From the NCBI GenBank assembly GCA_965261395.1, contig OZ253462.1:5152001-5216000 (forward strand): a stretch of 64,000 nucleotides of DNA. Reading direction: 5' to 3'. The position numbers were made by a program, and so were the translations under genes. Source of the DNA: Candidatus Latescibacterota bacterium. GTDB taxonomy: Bacteria; Latescibacterota; UBA2968; UBA8231. Of the stretch, positions 35,355 to 43,206 are shown piece after piece (positions within the stretch are counted from its first letter, which is position 1; every line of letters begins with the position of its first letter). A model generated the notes under the pieces. The model made no database searches, was not told the origin of the DNA, and was given only the letters and a program-made list of their open reading frames with translations.

Positions 35355-37276
35355 TAGGCTAGGGCAATGACGCGCTGACGCGCTTCCTTACCTTGGTCGC
35401 TGTCAACTTCTAATCGCAGTAGATACAGCCCTGGCGCTGTCACGGCCCCATTCGCTAGCATTCCGTCCCACATCAGCGCAAATCGTCCGCTCGCCGCCGT
35501 CCCTCGATGCACCATCCCTACCCGCCGTCCCGATAGATCGTATAGCTCCAGCGCCACCGGCACTGCGCCGAAGAGGTTCAACAGCTCGTATTCAATCTCG
35601 AGGACGTCGTTGATGCCATCGCCGTTGGGCGTAAACACCGGCGAGGACAGCTTGAGCGAGTTGACCGCCTTCTCATCCACATTGACCAGCCCCACGCTCA
35701 GCGTATTGCTTTCCACCAGTGGATCGGCGTTACCGGCGGTCAGTGCCTGCCGCACCTCAAAGGGCTTCTCGCTGTCGGAGACCCTCCCGGTGAACACCGT
35801 CCCGAACTTGAATACTTCCGCCGCAAAGTCAATCTCAATTAGTTCGCCCGTCTGTTGCGGGTCTATACGCGGGATCCGCAGTGCGAATCCTCGTGCGTCC
35901 GAGCGCACAACGGCAAAGCTGACCTCTTGGCCATCGATCCGCAACGCGTCGATGCTCGCAACCTCGACCGGGGTCTCAATCTCAATAGTATCAAACCCCA
36001 AATCCTCGTCGCGCAACTGGGGCAGAATCGCATAAGTAAAAGACGTCACCGCGCCGGCACGAGCACTCGCCGGCACGATTTCGGCTAGGGCTTGGGTCGC
36101 CACCGGCGGATTCGAGACGCTGAACTGCAAAAAGTCCAGACGACCGCCAGCTTCTTTCTGGGAAGTAAAATCGGCCTTGAGTTGCACGTAGTGACGCGGT
36201 CTATCCGCTAGCAGCACATCCCCTCCGGCGGCGAAGTTGTATGGCGGACTCCAGTCGGACCAGTTTTCGGTATCAGGTGTGATCCCGGCCTTTTCGCCCT
36301 TTTCCAATCGGTTGTACGTGCTGAGCGTCAGGGCGCTACCGTTGGTAGCGAAGAGACTGCGCTCGTCGCCGCGAAAGGTCAGACGCCAATAGGAATTGGG
36401 ATCGTCGTCATCGCCGCTGCGCATCGCTAGCGCCACCTTTGCCCCTCCCTCGGCCTCCCCCGACCACGTTAGGTCGCCCAAACTAGCCATACCGCCTAAG
36501 TCGATGACGTTGGTTGTGTATTGGCTCTTGGGCGCGAAGCCGATACCGTAGAGTTCAAACTCGGCGATCTCCCAAACGCCGCGGGTGTTGGGCGGTGCCT
36601 CAAACATGAGTTGGCGGATAGGCAGATCTGGGATACTCAGCTCGATCACCGACTGCGTGTTCTCGGTGATGTTGTACACCAAGTCGTAGTCGCGAAACTG
36701 GCCACCTTCGCCGCCGACGACGTACTCACGCGTATCCTTCTTGAGCGGGTCGCCGTCGCTGGTGCCGACGACGAAGCGCTCGATGAAGCGGGTGTCGAGA
36801 AAGCGTTCGCGGGGGTAAAACTTGATGCGATCGACGATGAAATTGCCGCCCAAGTCGAAGATCAGAAGCTTGTTTTTGACCCGACCATAGTCTCCGCCCC
36901 AATCGCCATCGCCGAGAAAGTGCGTCGTTGGGTCGCCGTCGAACATTGGTGCATCGCGGGCCGGAAAGCCTGCGAAACCAACGATCGTCTGCAAGGTCTC
37001 AATCCGACCACCGCGCTCGTTCAAAAGGGGAGTCAGGTTGACTGTCGGGTCTAGCTGCTGCGGCACGATCCCATCGGGGGCGAGCGCCATTTGTACCGCG
37101 CTACCATGCGCTTTGGCATTTATGGCCTCCCACTCGAGCTGGACAAATTGATAGGGCACGTCCAACTCTGGCGCAGGCAAATCCGCTGCGCCGATGCGGT
37201 AAATGGTCAGCGCACCGCTGCCCCCACTCCATCCTACCACCGCCCAAAGCGCCAAGAACCATAAGCCCCTCTTCAT
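35351..37276 (-). CDS. Array paralog B1 (~641 aa)
   Basis: Start MKRGLWF with signal peptide; class B scaffold; ends IALAY. Confidence 0.85.
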   Translation of the reverse strand: MKRGLWFLALWAVVGWSGGSGALTIYRIGAADLPAPELDVPYQFVQLEWEAINAKAHGSAVQMALAPDGIVPQQLDPTVNLTPLLNERGGRIETLQTIVGFAGFPARDAPMFDGDPTTHFLGDGDWGGDYGRVKNKLLIFDLGGNFIVDRIKFYPRERFLDTRFIERFVVGTSDGDPLKKDTREYVVGGEGGQFRDYDLVYNITENTQSVIELSIPDLPIRQLMFEAPPNTRGVWEIAEFELYGIGFAPKSQYTTNVIDLGGMASLGDLTWSGEAEGGAKVALAMRSGDDDDPNSYWRLTFRGDERSLFATNGSALTLSTYNRLEKGEKAGITPDTENWSDWSPPYNFAAGGDVLLADRPRHYVQLKADFTSQKEAGGRLDFLQFSVSNPPVATQALAEIVPASARAGAVTSFTYAILPQLRDEDLGFDTIEIETPVEVASIDALRIDGQEVSFAVVRSDARGFALRIPRIDPQQTGELIEIDFAAEVFKFGTVFTGRVSDSEKPFEVRQALTAGNADPLVESNTLSVGLVNVDEKAVNSLKLSSPVFTPNGDGINDVLEIEYELLNLFGAVPVALELYDLSGRRVGMVHRGTAASGRFALMWDGMLANGAVTAPGLYLLRLEVDSDQGKEARQRVIALAY

Positions 37277-37319
37277 GCTCGCGATCCCCAAGGTTTGTAG
37301 AATGTACAAATCATAATAC

Positions 37320-37356
37320 AAGGAGGGAGGGTAGAGCAACTCTACCCTCCCTCCTT
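37320..37356. terminator. Perfect 17-bp stem-loop between the 308-aa gene and the paralog array
   Basis: AAGGAGGGAGGGTAGAG-CAA-CTCTACCCTCCCTCCTT; weak U-tract on the minus strand. Confidence 0.65.
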
Positions 37357-37388
37357 AATTGGTACTTAAAACTACTAGCTGTTTGCGC

Positions 37389-38315
37389 CTATTGGCCGAA
37401 CGAAGCCTTGATATGGCCCCAGCTATTGCCCTCGACAGCCGTCGTCTGCTCCGGCAGCAGCTCGGTTTGGACCGGCAGCAGAATGTAGTCGCTACCGCAG
37501 GCACCGTCGCCGTTGATGCAGGGCTGACCGCCCAGCGCCCACTTGGCGGTGCGAGGATCTTCCGAACTCGGGCCGTTGTCGTTATCGACGACTTGGATAC
37601 CGACGCCGATAATCTCATTCTCGACAAAGTCGTGGAGGATGCTGTTTTCGGGGCTGTTGTGATCGAAATCATCCCAACCAACCGTGTACCATTCGGCCTG
37701 GAAGTTGGACTCGGTGCCGTGGGCACCATCGAGGTTGAAAGAGGTCGCGCAGCACGAATAAGGCTCTTTATCGTGCCAAGTCGAGCTGCTCAGCCAGAAC
37801 CAGTAGAAGCCAAAAGGCTCAAGAGCCGGCCAGCGATAGTGCCCCGTCTGGTTGGTGCGGCCGTTGTTGCGGGCCCGTTCCTCCGGGTCTTCGTAGTCGG
37901 CATCCCAGAAGGCGTGGCGATCGGCGCTGTGGTCAGCGTCGAGGAAAATCTCAATGCTGTCGTCTTGGCCACAGCAGCCAAAGCCGCCGGCATCGCGATC
38001 CCAAATGTCATCGAAGCGATCATAGACATAATAGATGCGATCCAACTCGTCGTTCCAACCAATGGCGACGCGGAAGTTGAGGTTAGCCGTGTCGATCTCG
38101 CGACCGATATCGCCCTCGGCGACTTCCGTCTGGAAGATGTCGATCCACAACTCCGCCGGCAGCACATTCCACTCGGAGATGTCGCCATCCAAGTTGGGAA
38201 GGTGGGTCGACGGCCACTGCCACGCCCCGAAGATCTGGCCTTCTGGGAAGTGGGCGAGGCTAGCCGTGCTAGTCAGCATCAACGCCGTAGCGGCAAAAGC
38301 TAACAATTTTCTCAT
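37389..38315 (-). CDS. Secreted CBM9/DOMON-like protein with C-terminal TAVE..SWG.IK motif (308 aa)
   Basis: AGGAGG RBS; signal peptide; PNLDGDISEW, DDSIEIFLDAD, IGVGIQVVDND; tail TAVEGNSWGHIKASFGQ. Confidence 0.75.
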   Translation of the reverse strand: MRKLLAFAATALMLTSTASLAHFPEGQIFGAWQWPSTHLPNLDGDISEWNVLPAELWIDIFQTEVAEGDIGREIDTANLNFRVAIGWNDELDRIYYVYDRFDDIWDRDAGGFGCCGQDDSIEIFLDADHSADRHAFWDADYEDPEERARNNGRTNQTGHYRWPALEPFGFYWFWLSSSTWHDKEPYSCCATSFNLDGAHGTESNFQAEWYTVGWDDFDHNSPENSILHDFVENEIIGVGIQVVDNDNGPSSEDPRTAKWALGGQPCINGDGACGSDYILLPVQTELLPEQTTAVEGNSWGHIKASFGQ

Positions 38316-38340
38316 TGTTGCGACCTCCTAGATAAGGTTA

Positions 38341-38461
38341 AATAAAAAAAGCGGCGTCACATCTACCACCGTTGGCGACCGCCTTTACTTGAGAGCATTT
38401 ACGCCGAATACTCCCTATACAAACTGCCAACTAACAAAAAAAGGATTGAATAATTTGTCAA
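38341..38461 (-). promoter_or_regulatory. Putative promoter and structured 5' leader (two hairpins + U-tract) ahead of the 308-aa gene
   Basis: TTGACA at 38461-38456 (no convincing -10); hairpin 38415-38391; second, bulged hairpin 38382-38351 followed by T7. Confidence 0.45.
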
Positions 38462-38470
38462 TGATTTTTC

Positions 38471-40213
38471 TCAGCGAGTGTTATCGGCCAGTACCGTGCC
38501 CGTAGCCCACGGCATCGCGCTGCGGCTTAACTCCCTGCGCTGAGCTGCCTTTTCTAGGTTATGGACCAGGGCGGAAATTCTGATATGATCTGCTCTGTTT
38601 TCCTGTTTTTTATACACTTGAGCTAGTGCCTGATATGCGCGAATATACTGGCTATCCTCCTCAATTGACCGCTTGAAAGCCCGCTCCGCCTCGACTAGCT
38701 TGCCCATTTTCCAATAATCTACACCTAGATTGTAATGGGCCTGGGCCATTTCTGGATCCAAATCGATGGCCTTGAGGTGGAATTCTATGGCTCGATTCGG
38801 GTCGCCAGATAGCGAATAGGCGATGCCAAGATGGGTATAGGCCGGTGCGAATTCAGGAGCTAGGTCCACCGCTTTTTGGTGCTCTTCTATCGCGCGCTCG
38901 TACTGGCCTTGCCGCACGTAGGTCCTGCCCAAGTCGTCGTGGATTTTGCCCACGTTCGGCGTCACCCGCGCCATGTATTCTCCCATTTCCAGATCCGACA
39001 CCGAATAGGTGGCGTCGCTCCAAGCCAAAAAGAGAATGGGTACGCCGAAGTAGAGCACCTGTCGCCCTGTCTCGAATGCATAGCGCAATCCCACCCAGCG
39101 ACCAACGCTTTCCTGTAGCCTTTCGCGCAGCCCCTTGCGCCCGACCGCGACCGCTTCGCCCTCGTCCCCGGCGACGAAGTTCTGGCGGATCTCTTTTCTT
39201 CGCACTTTCCACATAAAACCGTCGTAGTAGTAATGCAAAAAAGCCGAAGCGGCGATGATGACCTTAGCCACATCGTACATCAGGTAGTTCTCTGTCGCTC
39301 GGGCCAAGGCCTCAATTCCGCCATAAGCCAAAATCAGAACCACGTAGAACAACACGATGCGGAAGCGGCCGTCGGCGAACAAGAAGCGAAAGAAGGACGC
39401 GCCCAACTCCTTCGAGCGCTTGAGCACCCCGTGGTTGTAAATCCAGACGATGGCAAAGTACTGAATATCGTGGGCCAAGGCCGTAATCGCGTAGCCGAGG
39501 ATGATATCTTCAAGGACGATATAGGCGTAATAAACAGTGGCGAAGGTCGTCAGCGAAATTGCCAGCTTCGGCCAAACCACTGGTATGCCCCGCGCTCGCT
39601 CGACGACCATGTTTACCACGTAGAGAACGGCTATTCCGACAGCCAGATAGAAAACCCACTCCCTAAGCTCTAAGACAAACTCCGGTGTGATCCAAGTGTA
39701 GAGGCCGAAACCGTAGCGGTGGCAGCGTTCGAGGAAATTGATCAAGTAATGGGGGCTGTCGATGATGATATAGCCGAACCAAACGGCCGTCAGCCACCAG
39801 TCCAGCCGCGAGCTAAGGCGTGAGGGCTTGCGGCGTTTGACATCGTAGATCCTCATGAAGCCGTAGTGCTGCATGAAGAAATGCCACAGGTCCCACAGGG
39901 CCAAAAAGATGAAGAAGCCCAGATGGCCGTTGAATACACTCCAAGCCACGAAGGCGGTCACCACCAGCGGCGAGACGAGGAAGGTCGCCTTGTGGCGGTC
40001 GAAAAGCTCTCTTTCGCCGTAGGCGCGCATGAAGCCGGGTAAGTGATGGCCTACCGCAAAGAACGCCAACACGAACCAAGCAATGTCCGCCGAGCTGAAG
40101 TATTGTGAAGCAATGAGTAACGCGACCAGCGACAAAAGGGGCGTGCCGATAAAAAAGATCGCATCGCAGCCGCGATTGATGATCCAGCCTTGCACCGTAG
40201 AGACACCGCTCAT
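38471..40213 (-). CDS. Multi-pass membrane protein with His motifs and C-terminal TPR repeats (580 aa)
   Basis: GHH, WHFFMQHYG, HDIQY, HYYYDG in hydrophobic N-terminal part; four TPRs (AYTHLG, AHYNLG). Confidence 0.8.
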   Translation of the reverse strand: MSGVSTVQGWIINRGCDAIFFIGTPLLSLVALLIASQYFSSADIAWFVLAFFAVGHHLPGFMRAYGERELFDRHKATFLVSPLVVTAFVAWSVFNGHLGFFIFLALWDLWHFFMQHYGFMRIYDVKRRKPSRLSSRLDWWLTAVWFGYIIIDSPHYLINFLERCHRYGFGLYTWITPEFVLELREWVFYLAVGIAVLYVVNMVVERARGIPVVWPKLAISLTTFATVYYAYIVLEDIILGYAITALAHDIQYFAIVWIYNHGVLKRSKELGASFFRFLFADGRFRIVLFYVVLILAYGGIEALARATENYLMYDVAKVIIAASAFLHYYYDGFMWKVRRKEIRQNFVAGDEGEAVAVGRKGLRERLQESVGRWVGLRYAFETGRQVLYFGVPILFLAWSDATYSVSDLEMGEYMARVTPNVGKIHDDLGRTYVRQGQYERAIEEHQKAVDLAPEFAPAYTHLGIAYSLSGDPNRAIEFHLKAIDLDPEMAQAHYNLGVDYWKMGKLVEAERAFKRSIEEDSQYIRAYQALAQVYKKQENRADHIRISALVHNLEKAAQRRELSRSAMPWATGTVLADNTR

Positions 40214-40226
40214 GTCGTGGGTTTAT

Positions 40227-43205
40227 CTATCTCAGACTGGCGAAAATCGAGAGGAAGGCCAGCCCCGCCGTGCGCGTCTCAGCGTCGCCATCGACAATCT
40301 CGATCGCACGTCGGTCGTAGCGTATGCCGAGCTGGGCGGTGAGTTCGTAGCCCAAGTAATCCCTGCGGTTGGTCAGTTGCACGGCCAAAACCGTGCCTCT
40401 GAAATCTCCAGTCCGCTCCCCTGCCGCCAATTTATCTTCGTCGGCTATGAGGTTGTAGAACTGGCGCTGTTCAACGCCGATGTCAACACTGGAGCGCACT
40501 AAGACCGGGAAGCGCACCAAAAACGACCACAGGGCGTCCCAAGAGCGCCGCTCAGCTAAGTCGCGATTAAATGGCACTTGGCGTAGAAATTCGCTTTTGA
40601 ACCTAGGTGAAATCCACAGCTGTCGCCAGTTAAAGGCGTAGTCAATTTTGTCGATTAGCCCAATGAAGCCCGAGGTCTTACGGCCATTGCGCCCCTCGGG
40701 ACCGAGCGGGTCGAAAAGCACCACCGGATCCCCCTCCGCATCGAGAATCCTCTCCCCAGCCTCGTCGAAGGCGAAGACCGCGTCCTCATCGCGCTGGTGC
40801 CACCAATCCCACTTAAAGCGGTGCCGCGTGGCCCAGCGTCGCGGACTCTTGTATTCCCAGTCGGCATAGAACGTATTGATCCAAGTGTCCTCGGCGGCCA
40901 ACAGGTCGGGCACTGGAACGTTGCGCCCACTGACCTCTTCGACGACGCTACCCAACTCCAGTTCGGGTAGAATCCACTGCGAGAGGGGGTCGGGGATGGT
41001 GTCCTCAGCCCTTTTGAGCATGTCATAGACCCGCAAGGCACCCCAAGTAGGCCCAGCCTGCTGATAGGTCAAAATTCCATAGGCCGTCTCATTGCGGCGA
41101 TTAGTCTCGCGCTGGTCCTGATAGAGGAAACCGCCCATCAGGCGCATCTCTGGGTTGACTTGGACTCGGGCGTAGGTGTTGTAGCCCCAGTGGTCCTTTT
41201 TGTAGGGGTAATCAGGCAAATCGTCGTTTTCAAAGCGCTCGGCCCAGCCATTGTTGTTTAAGTCGATGCCAAAAAGGAACTCCGGCCGGTCCGAGTGGTA
41301 GCGCAGGAAAGGCTCTTCGTAGTCGGGAAAAAGATTCTCGGTGTCGTCATTGCCATTCTGGTTGAAATCCGAGATAAAGTCGCCGTTTTCGTCGTAGCCG
41401 GGGAAAACCGCTGGATCGGCCACGCCTTCGGAAGTCACCGTGAAGTTGTTGAGCGAGGTCGTCTGTGGCGGGATCAAACTCCCTTGAAAAATCCGCAATT
41501 GATCCGGGTGCCTGTCGTTGTCGTCGTTGTCGTCAACGAAGTCGTAGAGCAGGTTGGTGGCCTCGGGTGAGTAGTCGGCCACACCGCGGCCATCGACCGG
41601 CAACACACTGGTAGAGTACGTCTCGTCCATGCCGAAGCCCTCCAGAAAAAGCAACCACGGACCGGACTTCCGCGCTAAATTGAACATCCAGCCGAGTGCG
41701 GTCTCGTCGTCGACGATCCCCGAGAAGCTCTCGTGCTTTTTGCGATTGATCGAGGGGTATTGACGGTATTGGTTGCTGACGTTGAACTCGCCGTAAAAGT
41801 CGAAGCCGTAAAAGTCCCGCAGTTCGGCGCTGGCCCCGAAGATCTGGCTGGCCGTCGGCAGGCCGTAGTCGATGACGACCTCGCGCTGATTGAGTTCATT
41901 CTTGATATTGCCCGGTGCCCGCTCCATGACGATGAACTGGGGCTGGCCCGAGCGGTTAGGCTGGCGATCGGACGACACCTCCACCCGGTAGTCGTTGGCC
42001 AGCACCAAGCGGAATCTCACGTTCTTGATTGCGGTGACCGCGTCGGCGGCCTCGGCCAAAGTCAGCCCTAGATGCTGCTGCAAAAGCAAGCGCAGGGAGC
42101 CTTCCTCAGAAGCATCATCCTCGGGTGCCAGTATGTACTTAAGTACAATGCTCTCAGCGCCATCGGCGCGTAAAAAGCCGTCGCGGAGTTCACCGCCGTC
42201 GCGCACCGGGCGAAAGCCTATGCCGCTGCCGACGATGGTGGTGTCGCGCGCTACTAGCTGTACGCTGTCGCCGACTGCAACCTCGCGGATCAGAGTGGTA
42301 GTGATTTCCACGTCGTCGCTGAAGAGCACCGCCCCTCCTTCGCCATCTTCGGGCGAATCATCCGCAAGCCTGACTACCAGCAGGTTCAATTGGCGATCGA
42401 GTTGACCCGAAGTCAACAGGCCTTTAAGTGGGTTGCCCTGAAAACTTTCGCGTGCGCCGTTGCCGTTGTGGACGTTGACCAACGTTAGCCCCAGAGTCGC
42501 CTGGTCGGCCACGTCGAGTTCAAAACGGCCAGCCGCCAAGTTCGAAAAATTCTCCAGCGAAGCCGTCGGGACATCCCCGTCAATATCGACGATGGGCAGG
42601 GTCACCCGCGAAAACAGGCCCGTAGCCCGGGTGCGCCCCGCCGCGAAGCTGGTCACCAAGCCGTTGAAGCCGACCTTGTTGAAGGTCATCGGCGTCAACG
42701 TGGTGCGGATCTCGTCGCCGACGGTAATCGAGTAGCTGTAGGTGCTGGTTTGGTCTGAGGTGATAACCAAGCGGTTAAACCAGCTCGCGTAGCGGCCCGT
42801 CTTGGTGATCGAACTGCTCTCAAAAGCACGCGGCTGGGTCTGACGCCAGTCGTAGATGACGTAGCCGCGGGTGATGAAATCCCCGTAGGCGTCGTAGAAG
42901 TAGTTGCCATCGAGATTGCGGTTTAGGTAGCGGCGATAGGATTCTCTGGCGTAGTTGGTATAGCTCCATTGGCGACGCCCGTGCTCGCTGAAGAGCTCCT
43001 GCGGCATGTACCAGCGCATGATCGTCGGGTCAAACACGTCCATATCGACCGCTGCGCCAACCGAGGAGTAGCGCACCTGTTCGCCCACGCGGTACCCCAA
43101 GCGGTTGCCGTAATCCATGCGCTGAGCCTCCGCCTCACCCAGCGCTAGAGATAGGACGACGACGAAAATCGCCGTGCACCTCGACATTGTTCGCTCCCGT
43201 CTCAT
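40227..43205 (-). CDS. Large secreted/putative outer-membrane protein, paralog 2 (992 aa)
   Basis: Signal peptide; Asp/Asn-rich Ca-binding-like loops (FVDDNDDNDRHPD, DENGDFISDFNQN); amphipathic strand-rich C-terminal third; paralogous to 43207-45999. Confidence 0.75.
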   Translation of the reverse strand: MRRERTMSRCTAIFVVVLSLALGEAEAQRMDYGNRLGYRVGEQVRYSSVGAAVDMDVFDPTIMRWYMPQELFSEHGRRQWSYTNYARESYRRYLNRNLDGNYFYDAYGDFITRGYVIYDWRQTQPRAFESSSITKTGRYASWFNRLVITSDQTSTYSYSITVGDEIRTTLTPMTFNKVGFNGLVTSFAAGRTRATGLFSRVTLPIVDIDGDVPTASLENFSNLAAGRFELDVADQATLGLTLVNVHNGNGARESFQGNPLKGLLTSGQLDRQLNLLVVRLADDSPEDGEGGAVLFSDDVEITTTLIREVAVGDSVQLVARDTTIVGSGIGFRPVRDGGELRDGFLRADGAESIVLKYILAPEDDASEEGSLRLLLQQHLGLTLAEAADAVTAIKNVRFRLVLANDYRVEVSSDRQPNRSGQPQFIVMERAPGNIKNELNQREVVIDYGLPTASQIFGASAELRDFYGFDFYGEFNVSNQYRQYPSINRKKHESFSGIVDDETALGWMFNLARKSGPWLLFLEGFGMDETYSTSVLPVDGRGVADYSPEATNLLYDFVDDNDDNDRHPDQLRIFQGSLIPPQTTSLNNFTVTSEGVADPAVFPGYDENGDFISDFNQNGNDDTENLFPDYEEPFLRYHSDRPEFLFGIDLNNNGWAERFENDDLPDYPYKKDHWGYNTYARVQVNPEMRLMGGFLYQDQRETNRRNETAYGILTYQQAGPTWGALRVYDMLKRAEDTIPDPLSQWILPELELGSVVEEVSGRNVPVPDLLAAEDTWINTFYADWEYKSPRRWATRHRFKWDWWHQRDEDAVFAFDEAGERILDAEGDPVVLFDPLGPEGRNGRKTSGFIGLIDKIDYAFNWRQLWISPRFKSEFLRQVPFNRDLAERRSWDALWSFLVRFPVLVRSSVDIGVEQRQFYNLIADEDKLAAGERTGDFRGTVLAVQLTNRRDYLGYELTAQLGIRYDRRAIEIVDGDAETRTAGLAFLSIFASLR

Positions 43206-43206
43206 A

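Noticed and set aside
21632-37276. Diversity-generating retroelement acting on the paralog 3' ends
   Set aside because: No reverse transcriptase or non-coding template repeat; differences between A1, A2 and A3 3' ends are spread over all bases rather than adenine-specific.
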